DNA of 64,000 nt from Alphaproteobacteria bacterium (GTDB lineage Bacteria > Pseudomonadota > Alphaproteobacteria > JANQMY01). Below are positions 10,346 through 20,129 of the stretch, piece by piece. Location: contig JANQPL010000014.1 of the NCBI GenBank assembly GCA_028289425.1, forward strand, positions 122,170 through 186,169, in the 5' to 3' direction. The notes below the pieces were generated by a model. That model searched no databases, was not told the origin of the DNA, and was given only the letters and a program-made list of their open reading frames with translations. The translations under genes and the position numbers were made by a program. Within the stretch, counting starts at the first letter, position 1. Every line of letters begins with the position of its first letter.

Positions 10346-11050
10346 ATGAGCACCTCCGCGCAGACCTATGATTTGCACAAAATCCGCTCTTCTCTCGAGA
10401 AGGACGGATTTTGTCTCGTCAAAGAGGCATTTTCGCCGCGACAAGTTAGGGTCTTGAGCAGTCTTTTCGAGACGTTCGGAGAGACAAGCCGTGTTGAGAG
10501 TTGTCCGCCCGAAATCTCTACACTCTTGCGATCCGCCGGTTTCGCAAACCTAGTCTCTGAGCTGCATGGACGCAAACCATATTTGGTCCGTTTGCTGACA
10601 TTCGCGAAGTCGTCTAAAACAAACTGGTTTGTGCCTTGGCATCAGGATCGGACCATCGCGGTTCGGGAACGGTCTAAAACGCCTGGGTTCGACCGGTGGA
10701 CGATGAAAAACGCCGTTCCCCACGCGGAAGCGCCGGTCGGATTGCTGGAGCGGATGCTGACACTGCGCATTCATCTGGACGATACGCCAAAAGACGGCGG
10801 CGCTTTGGAGGTTTTGGCCGGAAGCCAAAGATTGGGCCGGCTTGACCACGGTGCCATTGCCGATCTTCTTGGCAGAACCAAACCAATAACCTGCTGTGCA
10901 AAAACGGGCGACATTTTGCTGATGAAACCACTTCTGGTGCATCGTTCAAAACGAACGAGCGACCAGCGGCGGCGTGTTCTGCATTTGGAGTTTTCTCCTG
11001 ATCGACTGCCGCCGCCCCTTCAGTGGCGGATGAGCATGGCTCTAGACTAA
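10346..11050 (+). CDS. Phytanoyl-CoA dioxygenase (PhyH) family Fe(II)/2-oxoglutarate oxygenase.
   Basis: WHQD iron-binding motif, a distal His in ALEVLAGSQ...H, and RVLHLEF at the C-terminus. Confidence 0.7.
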   Translation: MSTSAQTYDLHKIRSSLEKDGFCLVKEAFSPRQVRVLSSLFETFGETSRVESCPPEISTLLRSAGFANLVSELHGRKPYLVRLLTFAKSSKTNWFVPWHQDRTIAVRERSKTPGFDRWTMKNAVPHAEAPVGLLERMLTLRIHLDDTPKDGGALEVLAGSQRLGRLDHGAIADLLGRTKPITCCAKTGDILLMKPLLVHRSKRTSDQRRRVLHLEFSPDRLPPPLQWRMSMALD

Positions 11051-11063
11051 ACGAGGAACTGTT

Positions 11064-11828
11064 ATGGATTACGTCGAACCGAAAATCGCCCGCGACATGC
11101 CGGGCATGCGTCTGGCGCTCACGGCGGGGGCGCCCGGTCCCTGGAGCGAATCCGCAAAGGGTATCTTTCACGTGAAGAAGATCGACTATGTGCCCGTGCT
11201 CCAGGTAGGTGGCGGCCAAAACGAAGATCTGGTGGCCTGGACCGGTACCCGCAACGCGCCGGTGGCCGTCTACAATGACGAGCCCCCCAAAGAAGCATGG
11301 ATGGACATTTTGATGCTCGCCGAGCGTATCGCGCCGGAACCGCGTCTCGTGCCCGACGATGCGGCGGAGCGGGCCATGATGTTCGGCCTCTCCCACGAGA
11401 TCTGCGGCGAAGACGGCTATGCCTGGAACCTGCGCCTCATAATGTTTCATGATGTGGTGAAGGCGGGCGGCATGAACGAAAACTTCAAAACCATGGCCGA
11501 TAGTTATGGGTACACGGAGCAAACGGCCCAAGCGGCACCCGAAAAGACGGCGAAAATTGTCCGGCTGTTGGCAACCCAGTTGCACGAACAAAAGACGCGC
11601 AACAGCCGTTACTTTGTTGGCAGCCAGTTGAGTGCACTTGACATTTATTGGGCGTGTTTTTGCGCCATGATACGCCCCATGCCACAAGAGAAATGCCCCA
11701 TGTCGGACCAGTTGCGCTACTTGTATAACAACCGGGATGCGGCGGTGGATGCAGCGATCGACCCGGTGCTGATCGACCATCGCGATTACATCTACGAGAC
11801 CTATCTTGAACTGCCTATGGACTTTTGA
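11064..11828 (+). CDS. Hypothetical protein, possibly glutathione S-transferase-like.
   Basis: The N-terminal region has thioredoxin-like features and the C-terminal region is helical (SALDIYWA). It sits next to the GFA gene. This is a weak call. Confidence 0.35.
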   Translation: MDYVEPKIARDMPGMRLALTAGAPGPWSESAKGIFHVKKIDYVPVLQVGGGQNEDLVAWTGTRNAPVAVYNDEPPKEAWMDILMLAERIAPEPRLVPDDAAERAMMFGLSHEICGEDGYAWNLRLIMFHDVVKAGGMNENFKTMADSYGYTEQTAQAAPEKTAKIVRLLATQLHEQKTRNSRYFVGSQLSALDIYWACFCAMIRPMPQEKCPMSDQLRYLYNNRDAAVDAAIDPVLIDHRDYIYETYLELPMDF

Positions 11829-11867
11829 CGTCTGGCACAGCCGACCAATCAACAGGGAGACGGCGTC

Positions 11868-12275
11868 ATGAAAATCACCGGCGGGTGCCTGTGCGGCGCC
11901 CTTGCTTATGAAGCGGAAGTGGACGAAAACGCATTTGGCATTTGCCACTGCCGCGATTGCCAAATCTTAAGCGGCTCAGCCTTTCGCAGCGTGGCCGTGG
12001 TGCCGCCGGAACAATTCAAGTGGACGAGCGGCATGCCAAAACTGTTCAAGAAGGTGGCCGACAGCGGAAACACCAGAGAAATGACGTTCTGCGGCGATTG
12101 TGGCACCCACATTACCGGGCAGCCGCCGGCGGATGGCACTGGGTACATGTCGTTGCGCCTTGCAACCGCCAATGAATTTGCATCTTTCACGCCCAAATTC
12201 GAAACCTATTGTGCCTCCCGCGTCCCCTGGCTGCAGGCACAAAGCGGCACCGTCGAATTCGACCGGATGCCTTAG
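11868..12275 (+). CDS. GFA family protein (glutathione-dependent formaldehyde-activating / CENP-V-like zinc domain).
   Basis: Cysteine pattern CLCGA...CHCRDCQ...CGDCGTH matches the GFA domain. Confidence 0.8.
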   Translation: MKITGGCLCGALAYEAEVDENAFGICHCRDCQILSGSAFRSVAVVPPEQFKWTSGMPKLFKKVADSGNTREMTFCGDCGTHITGQPPADGTGYMSLRLATANEFASFTPKFETYCASRVPWLQAQSGTVEFDRMP

Positions 12276-12293
12276 GCGCAAGACCTCCTAAAA

Positions 12294-12476
12294 GTCATCC
12301 CAGCGAACGCTGGAGTGCACGGCGACCGGGCTAATACAAGCGTCATCCCGGGCACACCGCAGCACGAAGTGGTGCGGTGTAGAACCGGGATCTCTATCAA
12401 CCTGTGCCAAGTTACCCTAATGGATCCCGGATCAGCACCGCGTCATTTCATGCCGCGGAGCATCCGGGATGACGGC
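12294..12476. repeat. REP/BIME-like composite palindromic element; tandem hairpin modules built on ATCCCGG / CCGGGAT arms. Copy A.
   Basis: GTCATCCCGGG...CCGGGATC...GGATCCCGG...CATCCGGGATGAC. It lies between two convergent genes. A second copy with the same arm consensus is at 33076..33213. Confidence 0.6.
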
Positions 12477-12485
12477 CGAGAGGGA

Positions 12486-13874
12486 TCAAACGTGAATGAC
12501 TTCCCCGAACGCATCGAGGGTTGCTTCATGCATGGCCTCTGAAAGCGTTGGATGCGGGAAGATGACGGCGGCGAGATCGGCTTTGGTCGCTTTCATCTGG
12601 CAGGCGATCACATAGCCTTGGATCAATTCCGTCACTTCCGGCCCGATCATGTGGGCGCCCAGCAAGCGCCCTGTCTTTTCGTCAAAGACCGTTTTGACGA
12701 AGCCGTTCCCCTCGCCAAGGGCCAGGGCCTTGCCGTTGGCTGAAAACGGAAACTTGCCGACGGCCACTTTGCCCACTTCCTTTTTGGCTTGGGCTTCCGT
12801 CAGCCCCACACTGGCAATCTGTGGCCGGCAATAGGTGCAAGACGGCACCAATGATTTGTTGATGGGATGCACGCCTTTCTCCCCGGCGATCTTCTCCACA
12901 CAGACGATCCCTTCATGGCTCGCCTTGTGGGCAAGCCACGGTGCGCCCGCCACATCGCCAATGGCGTAAACGCCCTTCACATTGGTGGCGCCCCATTCAT
13001 CCACATCGATATGGCCCTTGGTCGTTTTGACACCAAGCTCTTCCAGACCCAAACCTTCCACATTGCCTTCGATGCCGATCGCCAGGATCACCCGGTCGAA
13101 GCGCTCGCGCAATTCGCCTTTTTTTGTTTGGATGGTGGCGCGGACAAATTCGGTGCGCGGCACGATTTCATCGACCGTGGCTTTGGTGTGGAACGTCATG
13201 CCTTGGCGCTTGAACGTTTTGAGCGCTTCTTTGGAGATGTCCTTGTCTTCGTTGGGCAGAATGCGGTCGAGGGCTTCAACGACAGTCACGTCCGATCCCA
13301 TGTCCGCAAAGAAGCTCGCGAATTCCATCCCGATGGCACCGGAGCCCACGACCAGCAAGCGCTCGGGGATCTCGTCCGGCACCATGGCTTCGCGATAGGT
13401 CCAGACGCGCGGATCGTCCACTTGCAAATGCGGCAGCACCTTCGCGCGCGCGCCGGTCGCCAAAATGACGTTCTTCGCTTTGACCGTTTGCTCTCCGTTG
13501 ACGGACAATTCGCCGGATTTCACCAGCGTTGCCGCACCGTCGATCACCGTCACTTTGTGCTTTTTCAGAAGGAATCCGATACCTCGTGACAATTGCCCGG
13601 CCACCTCGCGGCTACGCTGCACCACACTGGGCAGCACGGGACGCGCGCCGGGACCTTCAAAACCTGTCTTGGGCAAATCCGCGATTAGATGGGCCACTTC
13701 CGACGACCGCAGCAGCGCCTTTGTTGGAATGCAGCCCCAGTTCAAGCAAATACCGCCCAGATGCTCGCGCTCGATGACCGCCGTCTGCAGACCGAGTTGC
13801 GCCGCGCGGATGGCGGCCACATAGCCGCCGGGCCCGCCGCCAACGATGACAATGTCGAACTGTTGGTCCGCCAT
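12486..13874 (-). CDS. lpdA: Dihydrolipoyl dehydrogenase (E3 component).
   Basis: FAD motif IVIVGGGPGGYVAAI and redox-active disulfide GGICLNWGCIPTK. 462 aa. It is the last gene of the E1-E2-E3 operon. Confidence 0.9.
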   Translation of the reverse strand: MADQQFDIVIVGGGPGGYVAAIRAAQLGLQTAVIEREHLGGICLNWGCIPTKALLRSSEVAHLIADLPKTGFEGPGARPVLPSVVQRSREVAGQLSRGIGFLLKKHKVTVIDGAATLVKSGELSVNGEQTVKAKNVILATGARAKVLPHLQVDDPRVWTYREAMVPDEIPERLLVVGSGAIGMEFASFFADMGSDVTVVEALDRILPNEDKDISKEALKTFKRQGMTFHTKATVDEIVPRTEFVRATIQTKKGELRERFDRVILAIGIEGNVEGLGLEELGVKTTKGHIDVDEWGATNVKGVYAIGDVAGAPWLAHKASHEGIVCVEKIAGEKGVHPINKSLVPSCTYCRPQIASVGLTEAQAKKEVGKVAVGKFPFSANGKALALGEGNGFVKTVFDEKTGRLLGAHMIGPEVTELIQGYVIACQMKATKADLAAVIFPHPTLSEAMHEATLDAFGEVIHV

Positions 13875-13877
13875 GTC

Positions 13878-15335
13878 TTACATGACCAGGGCGACGGGGT
13901 TTTCGAGCAGCTCCTTCAGCGCGGCCAGGAACTGCGCGCCGATGGCCCCGTCGATCACCCGGTGGTCGCAGGACATGCTCAGCGACATCATGGGCGCCAA
14001 ATCCAGCAAGCCGTCGACATTTGCGGGCCGTTCTTCCACGGCACCCACCGCCAGGATCGCCGCTTGGGGCGGATTGATCACCGCATCGAAATCCTGAATG
14101 CCGAACATACCTAGGTTAGAGACAGTAAAGGTGCCGCCTTCGATATCTTCCGGCCGCAAACCGCCGCCCCGCGCTTTGCCGGCTAAGGCCTTCACCTCTT
14201 CAGAAATCTGAAGGGCCGATTTCTTATCCACACCGCGCACGATGGGCGCGATCAGCCCGTCGGGCAATGCCACCGCCACGCCGATATCGGCCTGATCGAA
14301 ATACAGGATTTGATCGTCCGTATATTGAACATTCGCTGCCGGCACTTCCGCAAGCGCCAGACCACAGGCACGCACGAGGAGATCGTTGACGGAGATCTTT
14401 TTGTCGCCAAGTCGTTTGTTTACGCCCTCGCGCACTTTCAGAAGTTCGGTCGCGTTCACTTCGATGCGCAAATAGATGTGCGGTGCCGTGGCCTTGGATT
14501 GCACCAAACGCCGCGCGATTGACTTGCGCATGTTGGAGACGGGTTCCGCGCGCGGCACGGCTGCCCCCACTTGAACCGGCAAGGCCGCGCCCATGGACAT
14601 GCCCGTGACGGGAAGCGGTGCTGCAACCGGTGCATTCTCAACGTCCGCCGCCAAGATACGGCCGTTGGGACCCGAACCGCGAAAAGTTGAAAGGTCGACG
14701 CCTTTTTCTTTCGCCAACCGCTGAGCGCGCGGCGACGCGTTCAAACGCCGGGCCTTGCGGCCCAACGGGCGGCCCGCCGCTTCTTCCAAATCATCGAGCG
14801 AAATGCGGCCCAACCGGCCGGTGGCGGACGCCTTGGTAACATCCACGCCTTCATCCATAGCGACCCGCGCCGCGATCGGACTGATTTCCGTCGACAAGCC
14901 GGCGATCTGTGCCTCCACCGCCGCTTTGTCCAAGCCGTTCGCTTTCGGTGCAGGCACAGGTTCTGAGGACGGCGCCGCATACCCGGCAGGTTGCGCTGGC
15001 ACGGGTGCCGCTGCGGGCGCCGGTGCAGGTGCCGACTCTACCGGCTTGTAATCGGATACGAAGCTGTCGATGTCCTCATCGCTCACATCCGCATCGGCCA
15101 TCACGGCCAGCAATTGCCCAACGGGATAGGGCCCGCCTTCTTCCACCAAGATACGGCGCAGCACACCGCCCGTGTGAGATTCATATGGCATGCTGAGCTT
15201 ATCGGTCTCAAGATCGGCGATTTCATCGCCTTCCTTGATGATTTCGCCGACGCTCTTATTCCATTGGGTGATCAACCCTTCCGTCATCTCCATACCCAGC
15301 TTGGGCATGGCGATGGGCGTAATTTTTCCGGCCAT
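13878..15335 (-). CDS. Dihydrolipoamide acyltransferase (E2) of a 2-oxo-acid dehydrogenase complex.
   Basis: An N-terminal lipoyl domain (ETDKLSMPYES), an Ala/Pro-rich linker, and a catalytic DHRVIDGA motif. Its start overlaps the E1beta stop in an ATGA arrangement. Confidence 0.85.
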   Translation of the reverse strand: MAGKITPIAMPKLGMEMTEGLITQWNKSVGEIIKEGDEIADLETDKLSMPYESHTGGVLRRILVEEGGPYPVGQLLAVMADADVSDEDIDSFVSDYKPVESAPAPAPAAAPVPAQPAGYAAPSSEPVPAPKANGLDKAAVEAQIAGLSTEISPIAARVAMDEGVDVTKASATGRLGRISLDDLEEAAGRPLGRKARRLNASPRAQRLAKEKGVDLSTFRGSGPNGRILAADVENAPVAAPLPVTGMSMGAALPVQVGAAVPRAEPVSNMRKSIARRLVQSKATAPHIYLRIEVNATELLKVREGVNKRLGDKKISVNDLLVRACGLALAEVPAANVQYTDDQILYFDQADIGVAVALPDGLIAPIVRGVDKKSALQISEEVKALAGKARGGGLRPEDIEGGTFTVSNLGMFGIQDFDAVINPPQAAILAVGAVEERPANVDGLLDLAPMMSLSMSCDHRVIDGAIGAQFLAALKELLENPVALVM

Positions 15336-16345
15336 CAGCGCCCCTCCAGGGTTTCGCGCACCGCTGTTTCAATTTTGTCCGCACTCGGAAGATAGGTCCA
15401 TTCGAGGCTGGGTGCGAACGGTATCGGCGTGTGCGGTGGCGTGACCATTTTGATCGGCGCATCAAGGAACTCGAAGGCCTGGCTCGACACAATACCGGCC
15501 ACATCGCTTGCCATGGAGCAGCGCGGTGTCGATTCATCGACGATCACCAACCGCCCCGTTTCTTCCACGCTTTCCAACACCAGCTCTTCGTCGAAGGGCG
15601 ACGTGGTGCGTGGATCGATCACATCGCAAGTAATACCTTCGCCCGCCAGCTTGTCCGCCACTTCGTTGGCCAGCGTGACCATGCGGGCAAAGCCCACAAT
15701 CGTCACATCTTTGCCCTGGCGGGTGAGATTCCCTTTGCCGAACGGCACCGTATATGGCTCATCCGGCACTTCCCCTTGCGACATGTAAAGCATCTTATGC
15801 TCACAGAAGACGACCGGGTCTTCGCCGCGAATGGCCGATGCCAAAAGGCCCTTTGCGTCATAGGGGGTGGACGGCACCGCGCATTTGAGGCCCGGAATGT
15901 TGGTCAGCCATGAATAATTCACCTGGCTGTGCTGGGCCGCCGCGCTCATGCCCGCCCCATGGGTGGTGCGAATGACCATGGGCGTCTTGGCCTTGCCACC
16001 GAACATGTATTTGAACTTGGCAGCTTGGTTGTAGATCTGATCGAGGCACAGACCCATAAAGTCGGTGAACATGATCTCGGCCACGGGCCGCATGCCGGCG
16101 AGCGCCGCGCCGGCGGCCGCACCGACAATGGCGGATTCCGAGATGGGCGTGTCCATGACCCGGTTGTCGCCAAACTTGCCCCACAGGCCCGCCGTCAGGC
16201 TGAACACACCGCCGATGGCTTCCTTGCCGCCTTTAGAGCCGGAACCGCCCACCACATCTTCGCCCAGCACAATGACGCTTTCATCGCGTTCCATTTCCTG
16301 GGCCAAACATTCGTTGATCGCGTCGCGATAGGATTTCACACTCAT
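15335..16345 (-). CDS. 2-oxo-acid dehydrogenase E1 component, beta subunit (transketolase-like, pyruvate/acetoin/branched-chain type).
   Basis: 336 aa with a transketolase-like pyrimidine domain and C-terminal domain. It has no N-terminal lipoyl domain. Confidence 0.85.
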   Translation of the reverse strand: MSVKSYRDAINECLAQEMERDESVIVLGEDVVGGSGSKGGKEAIGGVFSLTAGLWGKFGDNRVMDTPISESAIVGAAAGAALAGMRPVAEIMFTDFMGLCLDQIYNQAAKFKYMFGGKAKTPMVIRTTHGAGMSAAAQHSQVNYSWLTNIPGLKCAVPSTPYDAKGLLASAIRGEDPVVFCEHKMLYMSQGEVPDEPYTVPFGKGNLTRQGKDVTIVGFARMVTLANEVADKLAGEGITCDVIDPRTTSPFDEELVLESVEETGRLVIVDESTPRCSMASDVAGIVSSQAFEFLDAPIKMVTPPHTPIPFAPSLEWTYLPSADKIETAVRETLEGR

Positions 16346-16356
16346 GTCTTGGCCCC

Positions 16357-17325
16357 TTAGTAAGCGTTATAAACGTCTGTATACAAAGCGTCTGGAGCCG
16401 GCGGGGGTGCTTCACGCGCTTCCGTCACCGCCTCTTCGATGAGTGTCATCACTTCTTCGTCGATTTCGTCAAGGCGGCCGGCGTCAAGAAGCTTGGCTTC
16501 GCCCACGCGGGTGCGGAAGTTTTTCAAACAATCCATCGTCTCGCGCAGGTTCTTAACCTCATCAGGCCCGCGATAGTTTTGCGGGTCGCCTTCCACATGG
16601 CCGTAAAACCGGCAGATGGCAAATTCCAATGTGGCAGGTCCCTCGCCCTTGCGCGCCCGCTCCACTGCTTGCTTCGTGGCGTCGTACACGGAAAAGAAAT
16701 CCGCCCCGTCCGCTTTGATGGCCGGCATGCCGAAGGCTTCCGACCGCGCCGCGATATCTCCGCTGCCGACCGCATATTCGAACGCCGTGTGTTCGCTGTA
16801 GCCATTGTTCTCGAACACGAAGATGGTCGGCACCTTCAACACCACGGCTAAATTCATGGCTTCGAAAACAGTGCCTTGGTTGCACGACCCGTCGCCGCCA
16901 AAGGCCAACGTCACCCGCTCCTTGCCTTGATTGCGCGTGGCGATCGCGGCACCCACGGCCAAGGGCGGACCGCCGCCCACAATGCCGTTCGCGCCCAGCA
17001 TGCCCACATCCAAATCGGCAATATGCATGGAGCCGCCCTTGCCGCCGCAAATGCCGCCCGCCTTGCCGTAGATCTCTTTCATCATACCCTTCACATCGCA
17101 GCCCTTGGCGATGCAGTGGCCGTGACCCCGATGGGTACTGACGATCAAATCTTCATCCGTGAGATTTTCACAAACGCCAACCGCGCACGCTTCCTGGCCG
17201 GCATACAAATGGGTAAACCCGGGGATCTCGCCTTTACCGATTTCCACATGCAGACGCTCTTCGAATTCCCGAATGATCTTCATGCGCCGATAGGCCTGTT
17301 CAAGTTGTTCGCGGCTGAGCTGCAT
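16357..17325 (-). CDS. 2-oxo-acid dehydrogenase E1 component, alpha subunit (TPP-dependent).
   Basis: TPP-binding GDG...NN region (AFGGDGSCNQG...VFENNGY). The start is set at the ATG at 17325, which has an AGGAGGGA RBS 11-17 nt upstream. The ORF track begins at 17361. Confidence 0.8.
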   Translation of the reverse strand: MQLSREQLEQAYRRMKIIREFEERLHVEIGKGEIPGFTHLYAGQEACAVGVCENLTDEDLIVSTHRGHGHCIAKGCDVKGMMKEIYGKAGGICGGKGGSMHIADLDVGMLGANGIVGGGPPLAVGAAIATRNQGKERVTLAFGGDGSCNQGTVFEAMNLAVVLKVPTIFVFENNGYSEHTAFEYAVGSGDIAARSEAFGMPAIKADGADFFSVYDATKQAVERARKGEGPATLEFAICRFYGHVEGDPQNYRGPDEVKNLRETMDCLKNFRTRVGEAKLLDAGRLDEIDEEVMTLIEEAVTEAREAPPPAPDALYTDVYNAY

Positions 17326-17627
17326 GCTGACGCTCTCCCTCCTGATAACGAGACCTTGCACGCCTGAAGTTCATAATTTCCCCATTCTTCGAGACGCTCG
17401 CTTTGCTCGCCCTCAGGATGAGGAAATTTGATTGTCATAAAGATGGCCTCACCCTGAGGGCCGCCCACCGGGCGGTGTCTCGAAGGGTGCGGCCATCGGC
17501 GCGATGTCCCTGCTCTTCGTTGCGCGCCATTAGGAGCGGAGGTGAGCCGGAATGTCCAGGGAAGAAACGCGCAAACCCGCCAATTTTCACGTGCCGAGAA
17601 TAGCGTTCTACTTTTGATGGAGCGCCG

Positions 17628-19040
17628 TCAGGTGAATGCGGGTTCGCGCTTCCAATGTCCGGTCTGTTGTTCGAAGGCATGCGCCATTTGCAACACGGAC
17701 AGATCGGCCCGGGGGCGCCCGACAATCTGTAGACCAATCGGTAACCCGCTTTCCGTAAAGCCGGCGGGAACGGAGATGGCGGGACACCCGGTGAGGGTCA
17801 GGATCGAACAACTCATCATCCAGTCAAGGTAATTGTCTTGAGTTTTGCCGTTGATCTCGGTGACCCACGGCATGTCCACATCGAAGGGCGGTACTTGGGT
17901 GGTGGGCAGTACCAAGAAGTCATAGGTTTCGAAGAATTTGAGCACGCGCTCGTATAACTGCGTGCGGGCGATTTCCGCCGTCCCTACATCTTGTGCAGAC
18001 AAGGCAAGCCCCTTCTCCACATTCCAGATGATGGTGTCTTTGAGTTTGTCCCGGGCGAGCTCATAGGCATCGGCGAACGAACTTGCAAACATCCAGGCAC
18101 GCAGAGTTTGAAAGATCTCGGCCCCGTCTTTCACGTCAGGCTGGTCCGCCGCCACTTCACACCCCAGGTCTGTGAATGCCCCGAGCGAACTCTCACAAAC
18201 CGCAACCACTTCAGGCTCGATGTCGTAAGCGCCGCCAAGATCCGGCGTCCAAGCGATGCGGGTTCCTGCCCAATCGTGGCCGAGAGGTGCATCAAACACG
18301 GCCCCCGGCTCGTCCAAGGAAATCGGGCAGCGCGCGTCCGGCCCCGCCATCACCGACAACAAAAACGCCACATCGTCGACCGTGCGCGCCATGGGCCCCA
18401 AAGTGGGCAGCGGGTTCCATGCCATGCGGTCCGGGTAGGACGGCACACGGCCGGGCGATGGACGGAACCCCACCACATTGCAAAACGCCGCCGGGTTGCG
18501 CAGCGATCCGCCGAGATCGCTTCCGTCCGCGAGCGGCGTGAGGTGCGATGCCAAGGCGCAGGCGGCACCGCCGCTCGACCCGCCCACAGTCTTGGACAAA
18601 TCGTACGGGTTGCGTGACGGCCCGAAAATCGGATTGAAGGTCTGCGAGCCCGCGCCGAATTCGGGCGTATTGGTTTTTCCGATGATGATCGCGCCCGCTT
18701 CCTTCATGCGCGTCACGAACAACTGGTCGAAATCAGGCACGTGGTTTTCGAAAAGTGGCGAGCCCCATGTAGTGCGGATGCCTTTTGTCTCCGCCAAGTC
18801 TTTGACCGCAACGGGCACCCCGTGGAGTTTACCACGCTTTTCTTTTGGGAGATTGTCCGCCGCTTTGGCCCCGTCCATCGCTTGGTCGGCGGCCAACGTA
18901 CAGATGGCATTCACATTCGGATTGACCGCATCAATCCGCGCCAGTGTCTGGATCATAAGATCCGTACACGAAACATTCCCACCGCGCGTCATCTCGGCAA
19001 TATCGCGCGCGGACTGAAAGCAAAGCTCATCGGTTGTCAT
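17628..19040 (-). CDS. Amidase (amidase-signature family).
   Basis: GGSSGGAAC signature motif and a Ser-cisSer-Lys triad context. 470 aa. Confidence 0.85.
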   Translation of the reverse strand: MTTDELCFQSARDIAEMTRGGNVSCTDLMIQTLARIDAVNPNVNAICTLAADQAMDGAKAADNLPKEKRGKLHGVPVAVKDLAETKGIRTTWGSPLFENHVPDFDQLFVTRMKEAGAIIIGKTNTPEFGAGSQTFNPIFGPSRNPYDLSKTVGGSSGGAACALASHLTPLADGSDLGGSLRNPAAFCNVVGFRPSPGRVPSYPDRMAWNPLPTLGPMARTVDDVAFLLSVMAGPDARCPISLDEPGAVFDAPLGHDWAGTRIAWTPDLGGAYDIEPEVVAVCESSLGAFTDLGCEVAADQPDVKDGAEIFQTLRAWMFASSFADAYELARDKLKDTIIWNVEKGLALSAQDVGTAEIARTQLYERVLKFFETYDFLVLPTTQVPPFDVDMPWVTEINGKTQDNYLDWMMSCSILTLTGCPAISVPAGFTESGLPIGLQIVGRPRADLSVLQMAHAFEQQTGHWKREPAFT

Positions 19041-19129
19041 TGTCTAAACTTTCTGGGACGAATCTTTCTGGACAGGTTTGACCAATGAACTGATAATACC
19101 AGTGAACTTTCGACGTCGGACTACATGAT

Positions 19130-19375
19130 TTGTATTCGCAATTAACAGAGCTTCGGATGATACTTACTGAATTGATACTCCGTAAACATGTGCCTATTGC
19201 GTTTGTCTGGATCGAAGCAATGGCCGTGCTTTTGATTGTGACTATGCCTCTGATAGTACTGCTGTCATACCTCACTGAAGACACTTTTTGGCCTCTTTTG
19301 ATTTCGTTTTTGATCTTAAGTGTCATCTGTTCCTACTACGGCAAAATAGCAAAGCGTCGCGGATCTAGGTGGTAG
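19130..19375 (+). CDS. Small hypothetical membrane protein (81 aa, two predicted TM helices) in an AT-rich islet.
   Basis: The ORF sits in a stretch of roughly 350 bp whose GC content is markedly lower than its flanks. The hydrophobic segments are LLIVTMPLIVLL and LLISFLILSVI. Confidence 0.3.
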   Translation: MYSQLTELRMILTELILRKHVPIAFVWIEAMAVLLIVTMPLIVLLSYLTEDTFWPLLISFLILSVICSYYGKIAKRRGSRW

Positions 19376-19426
19376 TGCACTTAAACTCGATGACCAAATT
19401 TTTGCCTGTTAAGCCAGCTCAGGGAT

Positions 19427-20056
19427 TTGCACATGTCACCGCGCCCCGACGCCCCCTTCAAGGACGACCTCGATCTGTCGCTTCAGCGGGCCATGAACAT
19501 GTTGGTGCGCGGCGCAAAAAACCGCCGGTCGCCGTTCCACACACCCATCTTCGCCACGCAAGGAGGCGTGTTCGGTGTAGACGCAAGGACGGTGGTGCTG
19601 CGCGCCTTCGACCCCATCACACGGCAAATACGCATTCATTCCGATGCGCGCACCCACAAGAACGCCCATGTGGCGGAAAAATCCAATGGCGTGTTCGTTT
19701 TCTATGATCCGGGCGCCCGCATTCAACTGCGCGCGTACGGTCCATGCGACATTCATATAGCAGGCGCCATCGCAGATGCCGCTTGGGCAGAGTCTCAACA
19801 CTTCAGCCGGCGATGCTACATGGCGCCGGACGCGCCGGGCAGCGATGCATCCAATCCTACGTCCGGACTGCCCGCCGACGTGGAAGCCCGTGTGCCCACC
19901 GAGGAAGAAACGCTTATCGGGCGGCCGCATTTTTCCGTGATGCTGTTGACGATCACCAGTCTCGATTGGCTGTTTCTCGCCCATGACGGTCACAGGCGTG
20001 CCCGGTTCACCTGGAACAGCGACGGCGCATGTGACCAAAATTGGCTGGTGCCTTGA
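19427..20056 (+). CDS. Pyridoxamine 5'-phosphate oxidase family (FMN-binding split barrel) protein.
   Basis: PNPOx-like N-terminal pattern (RSPFHTPIFATQ...VVLRAFD). Confidence 0.6.
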   Translation: MHMSPRPDAPFKDDLDLSLQRAMNMLVRGAKNRRSPFHTPIFATQGGVFGVDARTVVLRAFDPITRQIRIHSDARTHKNAHVAEKSNGVFVFYDPGARIQLRAYGPCDIHIAGAIADAAWAESQHFSRRCYMAPDAPGSDASNPTSGLPADVEARVPTEEETLIGRPHFSVMLLTITSLDWLFLAHDGHRRARFTWNSDGACDQNWLVP

Positions 20057-20129
20057 TCGCTTAGGCACTGGACCTAACGCTCTTTTGCCGATAACAAACT
20101 GAGCCTAGAACAAGCAACGGGTGTGGCTC

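Noticed and set aside
10674-11963. 429-aa minus-strand ORF.
   Set aside because: It is antisense to the PhyH dioxygenase and the GST-like gene, which have clear motifs. It is Arg/Gly/His-rich with antisense-like composition.
12867-13589. 240-aa plus-strand ORF, and other antisense ORFs across 12.5-17.4 kb.
   Set aside because: They are antisense to lpd / E2 / E1, which carry textbook motifs.
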